Assembly: GCF_006345805.1 (NCBI RefSeq)
Contig: NC_043003.1
Span: forward strand, 23,684,001-23,748,000
DNA: 64,000 nucleotides
Reading direction: 5' to 3'
Source: Octopus sinensis
Taxonomy: Eukaryota
The notes beneath the pieces are model-generated. The model did not search any database, was not told the origin of the DNA, and worked only from the letters and a program-made list of their open reading frames with translations. The position numbers were made by a program, and so were the translations under genes. Shown one piece after another: positions 1 to 11,789 of this stretch. Position 1 is the stretch's first letter, and the number at the start of each line of letters is the position of its first letter.

Positions 1-436
1 GTGGTACATCATTTGTACGATATGGAGAATATACCGCCAACTTTGTCCAAACGACCTGAACATTAGCTTCAAGGTTCATCCAAGACTGGGACCACAGGCC
101 ATACGTCCCCTGCCCAATTCAAGATCACAGTATTCTTGTACACTGCAACATAATTTCTTTTCCTCAACAGGCCCTGCCCTATTTAACATTGTCCCGAAAG
201 AGATGAAAGAGGAAAAGGATCCCATCAACTTTAAACGGAGTCTGGATAGATTCCTTCAAGGAATACCAGATAAGCCACCCATAATTGGATACAACTCGCC
301 CAACAAAAACTCACTTCTTGAATGGAACATTAACAAAACTTGACTTAAACAGGATTCAAATAATCATATCAGGCGTTGATATTAAGTTTGACATGGCCTG
401 GTCCAATCATTGGTCGAAACATATCTAAGTTTCTAA

Positions 437-440
<4 letters not shown>
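1..440 (+). mobile_element. 3' end of a CR1-group non-LTR retrotransposon (ORF2 C-terminus, 3' UTR, tandem tail)
   Basis: Open frame 2-343 reads WYIICTIWRIY...GPALFNIVPKEMKEEKDPINFKRSLDRFLQGIPDKP*, aligning with the C-terminus of the LINE at 36758-37381 (YAIIYIWKIL...GPQLFNILPK...LDLFLSGVPDEP). It ends in (TCTAAGTT)2 at 424-439 followed by (TA)n. Confidence 0.8.
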
Positions 441-474
<34 letters not shown>

Positions 475-544
475 TATATTTTTGTTAATAACTTACAATA
501 GCTTGCTTGTGTAAAAGAAACGTGACGGCAAAATTATTAATTAA

Positions 545-767
545 TTGTAGCACCAGCATGCGGAAAATAGTAGTCAGAAAGGCTCAAAACGACAGTTTTC
601 ACTTGTACACAATTGCAAAATCGTGTTGTCAGATATAGGGTGTTCCAGTACTGGGTTCTTACAATTTTGCTGCTCGTTCCCTCGATTTCGGCAGTGTACA
701 AGTGAAAATTGTGGTTTTGAATCGTTTTGACTGTTATTTATAGCATGCTGGTACTACAAGTAGTACC
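545..767. mobile_element. MITE-like element with ~65-bp imperfect terminal inverted repeats and a short 3' hairpin
   Basis: 545-610 is an imperfect reverse complement of 694-759 (shared core TTTTCACTTGTACAC). Perfect hairpin GGTACTAC-AA-GTAGTACC at 750-767. Confidence 0.7.
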
Positions 768-1024
768 CTTCCTTATTAATATATAAGCGTGTGTGTGCGC
801 GCATGTGTGTTTTGCTATGGGTGTGCATGTGTGCATGTGTGGGAGTGTGGCTATGCCTGTGTGGGGCGTTGGGGATGAGTGTTTGTGCATTTATGTGAGT
901 GTGCGTGTACATATCCGTATTCTTATTCATTCATGTGTAGGAAGATAATCTATTTTTTTCTAATTACTTATTCAATTATCTCTCAATCTATAATAATCTG
1001 TCTCTGGTACATATGCGTGTGTAT

Positions 1025-1085
<61 letters not shown>

Positions 1086-1111
1086 CAAATAAATGAAGAT
1101 ATATATGTATA

Positions 1112-1190
<79 letters not shown>

Positions 1191-1953
1191 TATATATATT
1201 ATATATATATATATGTATGTATGTATATGTATGTATATGTGTATGATACACACAGATGCACATATCTACCTATACATATGTTATATATATATATGTTTAT
1301 ATAATAGATTAACTTAATCGATATAGTAAGAATCTATATTAATATATTTTGCTAGATAGACTGGGAGAGTGTGAAGTAGAAAAAGAAAGAAAATCAAGAA
1401 GAACATAGAAATATTAACGTAAAATTTTTCCACTAGACAAAAGTTTGATTAAGGAACGCTAATTAAGCATATACCGCTACGTATTAAGGCTGCCAGTCAA
1501 GTTGTTTAATCAATTTCCCTTTTCCTCCACAAGCAGTTAATTACCTCATTGTTTATCTACATGATTTTCTTTCGTAATATTATTAATAATATTATCAGTA
1601 TGTCTTATATAAAGACGAATCTTATATGATCTCCAAGAAATATAAAGCGATGCCACTGGACAATTTCCAAAATAATCGGAAAAGATAATTGCGTATTCAC
1701 TGGTGGAGTTTCCAGTGTTCAAAATTAGGTAGGTAGGTAACTGCTTTATTACGTTTTAAGAATATATTTCCTAAAGAATTTCAGTATCTGTTACCTTTCC
1801 CATCGCATTGCATATATAGTATATTTGTCACATGTAATCATCATTGATAGACACTTATATTCACGTGTTGTCAATTCATATATAATTCTCCTTGTTATGC
1901 ATGTACATATATATGAAGGTATACATATGTATACATATATATATATATATATA

Positions 1954-3254
1954 CTAGCATTAAAGACCCGTCGTTGCCGGGTCATAGTGCATGTATATAT
2001 GTGTGTATATATGTGTACATATTACATGTACATCCATATATATACATCTACACATAAAATACAAAATACAAAGTTATATCTTGATATCGCTAGTGATAAC
2101 GATACTCAAAATATATAACAGACTGGAATTGTTAGCCCGTCTCTTGTAATTTCGATCAATTGTATCTTGTCCTTCCTCTTGTATAGAAGTGTGGCTACAA
2201 TCCAACCTACCTCTACTTCTTGGTGGGGGGCATTTAAAATTTTTTTCCGGCACGTCCTACGTCCCAGATATTAAGGTAAAAAAAAAAATATTTCCATTTT
2301 GCAAGTTCGAGTCGAGTACTCCCTTGCACGCTCCGTTGACTCGAACCTTGCTTCTATTGTGGCGAATTTACCGCCTCTGATTAGATACCTTTCATAGTCG
2401 CACCAAGACACTTTTCGAAGGTGCTTTCCTCCATTTTCTTTTTTCTCTACATTGTATACTTTATAGACAATAGTCTTTTCTTTAATTTAATTTTTTATTA
2501 TCCATCTGGACTATTCCATTTCTGCACGCTAATTTTATTTTTAATTTATTCCCATTCATGTGAAACCACTTATTCAAGTTCAAATCATTGATGCAATTTT
2601 ATACTAATTACTATTTTTACTTTTGTTATGTTACTTTAGTTTGATTTTAATTATTACTTACTACATATAATTCAATTGTTATTATTATTTTTATTATTAA
2701 AGTGAAAGTATCTGACATAAAATAAAGAAACGTTTATGTTTCACTTTTAACACGTAATGCTGAAATAGTGGAGAAGATATGATATTGCTCTAGGCAAGAA
2801 GTTGAACATTTTTTTTGCCCATGAAACTACGTGGACCCTAAGTAAGGCATGTGTAAAATTTGAATGGAATTGGTTGTGTAGTTCTCAGGTTTTAGGGAAT
2901 CGTATTGGGGAAGATATGATATTGCTGTGGGCTCGCCCTAGGCAAAAAGTTCAAAATTGTTTTTGCCGATGACACTCCCCGGACCCTAAGTAAGGCATGT
3001 GTAAAATTTGAATGGAATTGGTTGTGTAGTTCTCAAGTTTTAGGGAATCGTATTGGGGAAGATATGATATTGCTGTGGGCTCGCCCTAGGCAAAAAGTTC
3101 AAAATTGTTTTTGCCGATGACACTCCCCGGACCCTAAGTAAGGCATGTGTAAAATTTGAATGAAATTGGTTGTGTAGTTCTCAAGTTTTAGGGAAACACA
3201 CAGACAGACAGACAGACAGTCAGACACACATTTTCAGTTTTATATATATAAAGA
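1954..3254 (-). mobile_element. Non-autonomous Helitron
   Basis: Minus-strand 3' end is hairpin GACCCG-gcaacga-CGGGTC, a short spacer, then CTAG|T. Minus-strand 5' end is A|TC...TATATAAAACTGAAAATGTGTGTCTG(ACTG/TCTG)n, typical of invertebrate non-autonomous Helitron starts. Linking the two ends into one element is inferred. Confidence 0.65.
2772..3194. repeat. 148-bp tandem repeat, about 3 copies, inside the Helitron
   Basis: AAGATATGATATTGCT recurs at 2774, 2911 and 3059 (periods 137 and 148). Copies 2 and 3 are nearly identical. Confidence 0.9.
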
Positions 3255-3326
3255 TATATATAGATAGATATGGATATAGATAAAGATATAGATATAGATA
3301 TAGATATAGATATATGTATGTATGTG

Positions 3327-3388
<62 letters not shown>

Positions 3389-3972
3389 TATCTGTATGTG
3401 TGTTCGTGTGTGTATAAATGTGTGTATGAAGACAAAGCAGCAGTACAATGAAATGAGATACCAATCCCATTAAAACTGCAACCACTTTAACAGTACCAGA
3501 ATCACCATCCCATTATATATATACACTCAAAGTAGTCTGCCAAAGGTCCTTCAGAAACAAAACATTCTAGGATGTTCGTCAAGCCGAGGATTTTGAACAT
3601 ACGGAGACAATATTTACATATCGCCTGACGTAACACAACCAGATCTCATAATGCAGGGAAAAAGTTACATAATCAAGGACCTGCACGCCTGGAGAACTAC
3701 GTTGCGTCGGAACAATTGTAGTGATTAAAAAATAAATGTCCAACATTACCACTTTTTGTAGAATCCAACTTTTTCAATTACCTATTCAAACACGGCAAAT
3801 GTTCAAACGCAAACCCAGACGTACTTATAATACTATTATTGGATAGCACACGCTAAATCTTAATGTGGAAGAAGCCTATACTGTACTCTACTACGTTCTT
3901 TATTTTAAACCATTATAAGTGTTTCAGATTTAGGTGCATTTCAACAACAAAATTGCCGATATATATAGATAC

Positions 3973-4044
<72 letters not shown>

Positions 4045-4075
4045 GTATGTCTGTGTATGTATATATTTATAAATT

Positions 4076-4108
<33 letters not shown>

Positions 4109-4149
4109 TTATTTATATATATATATGTATATATACATATATATATATA

Positions 4150-4500
4150 CTCCCATCCCCATATCTTCACACCTATACATACACACACGCACACGCCAAG
4201 ACAAGACCACAAGACCTCTTTCACATGTGCAACTTCATTTAGGGATCATTATTACTTTGTTTTCTCCCCTACTTCTTCGCCCTCCTGTGTGACCCTCTGT
4301 ACGTCAGTCGCCATGATATACCAGTAGCCACTACACGCATTTTTTCTCTCCTTGTTTTCTTCTGTGTTCCTTTCTGTGGAAGAGCATAGGCTCGAAACGT
4401 AAAAGACTTTTTCACTTACTGGGCCTTTATACTGATACATCTGTTTGTTGTCTACACCACCTGTCTTCGTCTTGCGTGTTTTTCGCGAATTCTCCCTACA
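4150..4500 (+). mobile_element. Penelope-like element terminal (pLTR-type) fragment with hammerhead-like motif
   Basis: Homologous to 34222-34420 (-) and 41030-41225 (+). Shares GAAGAGC..GCTCGAAACGT (4379-4400) and a downstream CACCTG(T/C)CTTCGTCTT with the 34222 copy; ends at (TA)n. The Penelope assignment rests on the motif, not on protein evidence. Confidence 0.55.
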
Positions 4501-4615
4501 TATATATATATAATTAATTCTCCCTACATATATATATATAATCTAGAATACTGTGCAAATCTTGTTTATAGTTTGTGTGACAGTTATTGTCATCATACAT
4601 ATGAAATGACCCGTT

Positions 4616-4822
4616 GGTGAGCTGGCAGAATAATTAGCACACCGGGCAAAGTGCCTAGCAGCATTTTTCCAGCTCTGTACGTTCTGGGCTCAAGTTCCGT
4701 CAAAGGTGAACTTGACATTCATCCTTTCGAGATCGATAAAATAAATAGGAGACCATTAGCATCGATGTAATCGACTTACACCCTTCCCTCAAATTACTTG
4801 TGCCAACATTTGAAACCGATAT
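4616..4822 (+). mobile_element. tRNA-derived SINE, family B (OR-like), degenerate
   Basis: GAGCTGGCAGAAT head, B-box-like CTCAAGTTCC and central CATTCATCCTTTCGAGATCGATAAAATAA, as in the copy at 58216. Confidence 0.75.
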
Positions 4823-4984
4823 TATGTTTCCATAAAATGAAATGATCATCTTGAAATACCTTCTAATTTGTTCCAAGAAACAGTGTGGCTATGCACTTCT
4901 TTCTATTCTGAGAACCGGTGCTGGCTTCTTCATATCCCTGAAAATCTAATGGCGACAGAGACCGAGAGAATAATTATATTAGGC

Positions 4985-5085
4985 TTAAAGTTAAGTACTG
5001 GGGTTGATTTGTTCGAATAAATCTTTCAAGTGGAGTCCCAGCATGACTACAGTCCAAAGACTGAAACAAACAGAAGAAAATAACT
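4985..5085 (+). mobile_element. 3' tail fragment of SINE family A (OK-like)
   Basis: AAGTACTGGGGTTGATTTGTTCGAATAAA...CCCAGCATGACTACAGTCCAAAGACTGAAACAA matches the family A 3' end. Confidence 0.65.
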
Positions 5086-5390
5086 AAAAGTATGACAAGC
5101 TTTCACCACATAGCTTCTGTCTAGGACATTCATTCTCGTAGATTTGGTTGACTTGGAGATATAGTAACAGACACTCACCCGACATGCAAGGCAGGTGACT
5201 AAATTTGGAACAACATGGCTGCAAGCCATACTCTTTAAGCATACATCCATGCAGCGCGGTTAAGTCGAGTTTATTTTTTTAAAAATTGGAAACTTGGATA
5301 TATATATATAGAATATTAGGGAATAAATCCAAACTTACAGGGAAAAATTAGATTTAGGATTAAATCCAATTTTATATATTATATTATATT

Positions 5391-5820
5391 AAATTAGAGA
5401 TAAAACCACTATTAGGCAAATCAAACAGTGAAAAACATAAGCCAATACATAAAATTAATTTAAAAATATAAAAGTTAAAAATTACAAAATTATTTAAATA
5501 GTTTAAACTTATAAATTTTAAATATATATATACAAATATATATATATATATATGTATGTATATTTTTATATTTATATATTATTTTATTTATTAATTTATT
5601 TATTAATTAATTTTTGAAAATATAAATAAATAAATTAATAAATAAAATAATATATAAATATAAAAATATACATATATATATATATATATATTTGTATATA
5701 TATATTTAAAATTTATGAGTTTAAATTATTTAAATAATTTTTTAATTTTTAACTTTTATATTTTTAAATTAATTTTATGTATTGGCTTATGTTTTTCACT
5801 GTTTGTTTTATCTCTAATTT
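5391..5820. repeat. Long AT-rich near-perfect palindrome (arms ~200 bp, loop ~22 nt)
   Basis: 5422-5603 is the reverse complement of ~5625-5805 (CAAACAGTGAAAAACATAAGCCAATACATAAAATTAATT / AATTAATTTTATGTATTGGCTTATGTTTTTCACTGTTTG). It extends to 5391/5820 across a 16-nt indel. Confidence 0.9.
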
Positions 5821-5835
5821 TAAATATATATATAT

Positions 5836-5885
<50 letters not shown>

Positions 5886-6770
5886 ACATATATAAGAATT
5901 TTTTGCGTAATGAGATAAAAAATAACAATTGTGTAATACTTAATTTAGAAAGGATACAAAATAGAGAGTGAGCTGGAGGAAAGAAAATAGATGTGAGATA
6001 TGTAGGGATATTGAAGTTGTAGATCCTATCTAAATTAACTATGACTTAACCATCCTCTCATACCGTCTCCGATGATGGGATATAATTAATAAATATCCTG
6101 GAAGCAGCTGTAACACCTTCTATCTGTAAATGTTCTAATATCTACACAGCATTGTTTTTTTTTATCTCATTACGCAAAATATTCTTATATACACTCGCTG
6201 ACATATGACCAGCGTTGAATCCCTTATTCGCAAAATTACGGAGCTTGGAACTATGGTCTGTCTATAGCACTTATTCAGCATTACTTGACACCTTTGGGTC
6301 TCAATGAAACCATTACTTCTTATAACTTATATATATATATATGTGTGTGTGTGAGTAACAATATAGGTACAGGTGTTAATGCGTTACGCCCGTTCTAACG
6401 ACTCCTTTAATTGGCTAATGAAAACATTACATCATTGTAAAGAACTATTTTCGTTAGATGAATTGACGAACTTCAAATTAAAGAACATTCGAAATGATTT
6501 GACATAGTTTAAAATTCACGGACCGAAGCATTTACAGTGAGTCTCTTACTATTTCAGTGGACAGAATGGATTTACCAGAATAGTGTATATTTGATCAGAA
6601 CAGAGAGATTAAGTGATTAGTAGAATTTTTAGGAGGGGAAAGGAATTATTGATCCACTTATCTCGATTGCTAACAAGAGAAGTGGGTGCGGCTCCATAAT
6701 TCTTGTGTTTATCTATTAAGGAGTCTTCAATGTCGACTGGTAAGTCACACACACGCACAAACACGCATAT

Positions 6771-6812
<42 letters not shown>

Positions 6813-6819
6813 ATATAAC

Positions 6820-6980
6820 ACCAGAGGGCGCTGAAAACTCCCTGGCTAAAAGAATATACAGGCAGATCAGTTAATTATGATTCTATACAACATGTTCCTC
6901 TTTCAAATTCAAACATTTATTGCAGCAGTCCTTCAGTTATTCTAAGCTCTGTTAAAGAACTCGGCCGCTTGGGTCTCTAA
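6820..6980 (-). mobile_element. mariner 3'-terminal fragment with TIR
   Basis: GAGGGCGCTGAAAACTCC terminus next to (TA)n. Homologous to 9820-9953 in the opposite orientation, with a degenerate transposase C-terminus. Confidence 0.55.
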
Positions 6981-6999
6981 TCAGACCTTTCGATTATGG

Positions 7000-7102
7000 A
7001 GAGAGAGAGAGGGGGGGATAGATAGGTAGATAAGTAGATAGATAGACAGATAAAGATAGATAGATATAAATAGATAGGTAGATAAGTAGTCAGATAGATA
7101 AA

Positions 7103-7178
<76 letters not shown>

Positions 7179-7233
7179 TAGATAGATAGATAGATAGATA
7201 GATAGGTAGGTAGGTAGTAGGTAGGTAGGTAGG

Positions 7234-7332
<99 letters not shown>
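7000..7332. repeat. Compound (GA)n/(GATA)n/(TA)n/(GGTA)n microsatellite
   Basis: Directly visible simple repeats. Confidence 0.95.
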
Positions 7333-8247
7333 GTCAACATAATGGTAATTTCATTTGAAAAAAAACTAAAGACAATGATTTGGTAACAAAATAATTTTCT
7401 GTTAATTATACGAATTATCTGAGTTCAAATCGAAAATTTATAATTACAAAACTTTAACCATAGATATTCAAATTAGTATTTTGGTGAAATTAGTGAAAGA
7501 CAAATCAGAAACGTAATATGTGTTATTAGCCAGTTGAATTATTTAATCAATTGACATCATGCGAACGTCAGAAACTAACAATGATTAAACGTCTAGACAC
7601 GCCCAAATATTTAGTGTATCTTGCATTCACAAAAAATATATTGTTTATTTTATTTTTTATTTTACTTGTTTTTGGCATAGACTCTGGCCACCGCTATGTG
7701 GCGATGGAGCTCTCTTAGCGATGCCATAATTTCTAGCTCAGTCCTTACATTGCTGTAAATGTCGTTCGAGTGTGAAAATTCATAATTTTGTTTCTGGGAT
7801 CCATGGTAAAACAAAACTGGTTTACTGCTCATCTAAGTTGGCAATAAGTATAAACGGAAATTGATATTTCAGATTTAATTCTATCCATAGCAGCTACCCA
7901 TCTGTTATCCATGAGGCAGTGACAAAATTAGTTGAAGGAAAACACTGATATCGCATGCTGGCATGTAGGCAACCTGAAGGGGTATCACTGCACTCGAGAA
8001 TGACTAGCAGCTATAGTTCATCAACGTTTATCATCGCACTTATTCAACGTAGCTGTTTCTGGTGAAAGTGCTTCTATTGAAAATGGGTATTTAGTTGATC
8101 GGTTTTGGCAGTTTTCTCAACCAACTAAAACACACCTTATCATTGCATTATATTAGATGATGTCTTTACGCAGGTGGAGGGTAAAATTTCTCTGTCTTTC
8201 CTAGAGTTACTCATTATAGGCGTATGAATGGCTGTGATTATAAGCGT

Positions 8248-8510
8248 AAGAGTGGCTATGCGGTAAGTAGCTTGCTTACCAACCTCATGGTTCCGGGTTC
8301 AGTCCCACTGCGTGGCATCTTGGGCATGTGTATTCTACTATAGCCTCGGGCCGACTAAAGCTTTGTGAGTGGATGTGAGTGGACCGATAGAATAAGTACT
8401 AGGTTTACAAAGAATAAGTCCTGGGGTCGAGTTGCTCAACTAAAGGTGGTGCTCCAGCATGGCCACAGTCAAATAACTGAAACAAGTAAAAGAATAAAAG
8501 AGTAAAAGAG
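8248..8510 (+). mobile_element. SINE family A (OK-like) with internal deletion
   Basis: tRNA-like head (GTGGCTATGCGGTAAG...GGTTCAGTCCC) joined through duplicated GTGAGTGGA directly to the 3' part (GACCGATAGAATAAG...CTGAAACAAGTAAAAG). Confidence 0.85.
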
Positions 8511-8569
8511 ATTATGATTGAATATATATTGACCAATATTGTTTACATTTTTATGGATTTGAGTCCATA

Positions 8570-9230
8570 ACCTAGTAAATCTGGCACAAATACGACTAGT
8601 AAGGCATCAAGACTTTTCATAATCTCAAATCTAATTGCAAAGCGTACAACAGCTTAATGATTTTCCTCTCTCCGGTTCTGAAATGCAGGGATTCAATTGA
8701 TACATGAGCATCTATTCATCAAATGATCGCGCACGCGTTGTTCATTTGTTGGAAAGTGTTCAAAATCGTGTAATTATATTTTCCAAGTTGTGTAAATCTT
8801 TTCCGGTTAGCAGTGGTGTTACAAAATCTGAAATTGTTCATCACCCTTATTTACAATATGGTAACTAACCAAACAAGATGACATATATTTTTGGTGCTTT
8901 AACAGTACGCTTTCATCAGATATAGAATTTGAACCTGAAATCTTTGGCAACGTAATACACATTTGGAATATTTATATCAATGACCCCGAAGAGATCATAA
9001 AATGTCACGTCACGTAAGAAACATTGTTGTCCTGATGTAGTTAACTGGAAAATATTATGTGAACGGGGAAGATAGCAACTGCACAAGGATGAAAATTAAC
9101 ACGCTGGACACGTTTCACATGAGGTGTTTGCACTGAATATACAATATTTCATTGGATAACAAGATAGTGAATAAGGGGGCAGAGATTCTACCGTCACATG
9201 CGCCCAAATATGCCATGTAATCCGCTTCAT
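8570..9230 (+). pseudogene. Highly decayed RTE-clade LINE reverse transcriptase remnant
   Basis: Hand translation across frameshifts gives SRLFIISNLIAKR, HEHLF/SNDRARVVHLLESVQNRVIIFSKLCKSF..TKSEIVHHP, NSTLSSDIEFEPEI and LDTFHMRCLH*IYNISLDNKIVN. These are collinear with RTE motifs GKLFN..RL.AK, ELLFADDCAL..., YLGSTLS and LD.FH.RCLR.I. Confidence 0.6.
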
Positions 9231-9315
9231 TTACATTGAGTATACTATTACAATATTCAAAACATGTGTTCAGCCGCCAGATATCCTGTTGTAATGAAAC
9301 TCCAACACTAGAACT

Positions 9316-9580
9316 GACACTCCGTCGATTACGACGCCAAAGTTTTCAACTGATTCGATCAATGGAACAGCCTGCTTGTAAAATCAATGTGCAAGTATGT
9401 GAGCACAGCGCAGTCACGCATACCGTTAACGTAGTTCTCAGGGAGATTCAGCATGACACAGAGCTTGACAAGGCTGGCCCTTTGAAATAGAGATACTACT
9501 CATTGACACCTGAGTGGACTGGAGTAATCTGAAACAAAGTATATTACTCACGAGCACAACTGAGCACCGCTGAGTATCCA
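9316..9580 (-). mobile_element. SINE fragment: CORE-like body plus tail X
   Basis: Reverse complement of the 3' two-thirds of 20838-21135 (TTTCAAAGGGCCAGCC...GAGAACTACGTTAA...GTCGTAA.CGACGGAGT). Confidence 0.75.
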
Positions 9581-9819
9581 ATTTACGACAAAGACAGGAA
9601 AAACTGCAACACTACAGGGACAGGGAATGCCTAAAGCTTGTGGAATTTGATCTAAATTTTGAGAGCGCTTACCAGTGAATCAGGAAGTTTAGTGTATGAG
9701 TGTTAATATGAGGAAAGGAATATTGGGGACAACAGATCATAAAGATGAGCCATGTTTTTAATAACTTTAGAAGATAAATATATCTACCAAATGTCATTTT
9801 TCTCGTTGTTTGAAACTGG

Positions 9820-9953
9820 GCCTTGCTATACAGTTCATAGCTACAATAGGTGTGTGAATCTGAGAGGAGAATACGTTGAAAAAATTCATAATTAGCTGAT
9901 CCTCCTGTATTTTCTGTTACCCAAACCCAAGAGCTTTTCAGCACGCCCTCGTA
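9820..9953 (+). mobile_element. mariner 3'-terminal fragment with TIR
   Basis: Encodes YNRCVNLRGEYVE-like transposase end; terminates ...CTTTTCAGCACGCCCTCG|TA. Confidence 0.65.
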
Positions 9954-10057
9954 TACACACATACATACATACATACATACATACATACATACATACATAC
10001 ATACATACAGTCACATACACACACACACACACACATACACACACATATATATATATA

Positions 10058-11789
10058 TGCGATGGGTAAATTGTCGCCATATTATATTTTTAATTCCAGG
10101 CATGTGCATTGTTTCTTTTAGATTTTGTCGACTGAACAGTATAGTAAGGTCAATTGGGCATCCTCTGTGTGAAAGACATTACCGTGACGTAATTCCCTTT
10201 GCCAGAGATTTAGAGACGACATACTGTACTGCTTGGCACTTGCTTCGGACGCGTCAATACGAACATTTTAGTAAGTTTAGATGTTAATCTGAGGACAGTG
10301 CAGAAGATACGGAAAGAGGTGGACGAGTCTGATGGTGATTACGAAGGTACGGTAGCTCGGAAAATTCACTATACACTTTTACTCTTTACTCTTTTACTTG
10401 TTTCAGTCATTTGACTGCGGCCATGCTGGAGCACCACCTTTAGTCGAGCAAATCGACCCCGGGACTTATTCTTTGTAAGCCCAGTACTTATTCTATCGGT
10501 CTCTTTTGCCGAACCGCTAAGTGACGGGGACGTAAACACACCAGCATCGGTGGTCAAGCAATGCTAGGGGGACAAACACAAACACACACACACACATACA
10601 TATATATATATACATATATACGACAGGCTTCTTTCAGTTTCCGTCTACCAAATCCACTCACAAGGCATTGGTCGGCCCGGGGCTATAGCAGAAGACACTT
10701 GCCCAAGATGCCACGCAGTGGGACTGAACCCGGAACCATGTGGTTGGTTAGCAAGCTACTTACCACACAGCCACTCCTGTGCCTATAGCCACTCCTGCGC
10801 CTATGATCATTCTAATAAGGAAAGAACTCCAAAATTTGTTGGTGAGATCCAGGTCATGATTGACAATGATCCCTCCAAGTCAATCAGGTCCATCGCCAGG
10901 GACATAGGATTGTCTGAGTTTCTTATCAGGAAGGTAGTGCGTGAAGACATTCGGTATTCCTCTTACAAGATGAGAGAAGGCTAATTTTTAACCCAAGCTA
11001 TCAAGGACAAGAGGAAAAACCGCACTACGAAGATTTTTAATGAACTCAATCATCCCCTCTAATCGAATATGCTTTGGTTTTTCTCACACGAGAAATAATT
11101 GTGCCAGGATTAGACGGTGAACACACAGAACAACCGTTGGCTTGCCGTATCACCAAAACATGTACCGATAGTGATAAAAATCCAACGTCCAGTCAACATC
11201 ATGGTGTTTGAAGTGATCATTAGTGATAGCGACGTTATGCCTCCATTTATCTTCCCATATGGCCTCAGACGCAACACCGAGGCCTACATTGAGTGCCTGC
11301 AGTGGGTAGTGTTGCCCTACGTGAAGAGGGTGGCTGCTGGAAGATCTTATGTTTGTTAACAGTATTCTGCATCATGCCACACAAGCTGGAGAACACAGTC
11401 ATAACTGTAAGACAATTTCTGCGACCACATGACCTCTAACATCTGGTCACCTAACTGCTCAGATTGCAACCCCCTTGATTATTATGTTTTGGACGCAGTT
11501 GAATGAGAGACACACAAAAGTCTTTGTAACGCCAAAGATGAACTGTTGAAGGCAAGTATTATGGCAACATTCACCAAATTAAAAAAAAGAAACCGTGCAG
11601 GAGAGTTGCAGGAGATTCCGAAGTTGTCTGGTAGTCGTGGTTGAATCCAACGACGATACAGAATAAATTTACTATTTAGTATTTGAAAATATTTTTATGT
11701 TAGTTGGGTAAATATATCTGTTAAAATGAGATATCAATGTTATTTTCATTTTTGCGTAATTTAGACGACAATTTATTAACCGCAGCTTG
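10058..11789 (+). mobile_element. Tc1/mariner maT-type (DD37D) DNA transposon, defective, split by a SINE
   Basis: KERTPKFVGEIQVMIDNDPSKSIRSIARDIG..KVVREDIRYSSYKMR; MNTQNNRWLAVSPKHVP...FIFPYGLRRNTEAYIECL; QYSASCHTS...IWSPNCSDCNPLDY, with 37 residues between the mutated second D and the third D. Degenerate TIRs TGCG..TAAATTGTCG at 10058 and 11784. Confidence 0.85.
10372..10800 (-). mobile_element. SINE family A (OK-like), young full-length copy inserted in the maT element
   Basis: Near-identical to 24345-24760; the transposase frame resumes after it; 18-bp tandem duplication of the SINE 5' end (AGCCACTCCTG.GCCTAT x2). Confidence 0.92.

Noticed and set aside
2772-3194. CRISPR-like array
   Set aside because: Units are contiguous 148-bp tandem copies without unique spacers, in eukaryotic DNA with no cas genes.
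6820-9953. Inverted mariner ends bracketing 3.1 kb as a compound transposon
   Set aside because: Both pieces are 3' ends, they are clearly diverged from each other, and the left TA junction is imperfect; independent fragments are simpler.
10369-10788. Near-identical small ORFs at 10369/24339 and 10561/24528
   Set aside because: They come from two young copies of the same SINE; the similarity reflects DNA identity, not protein conservation.
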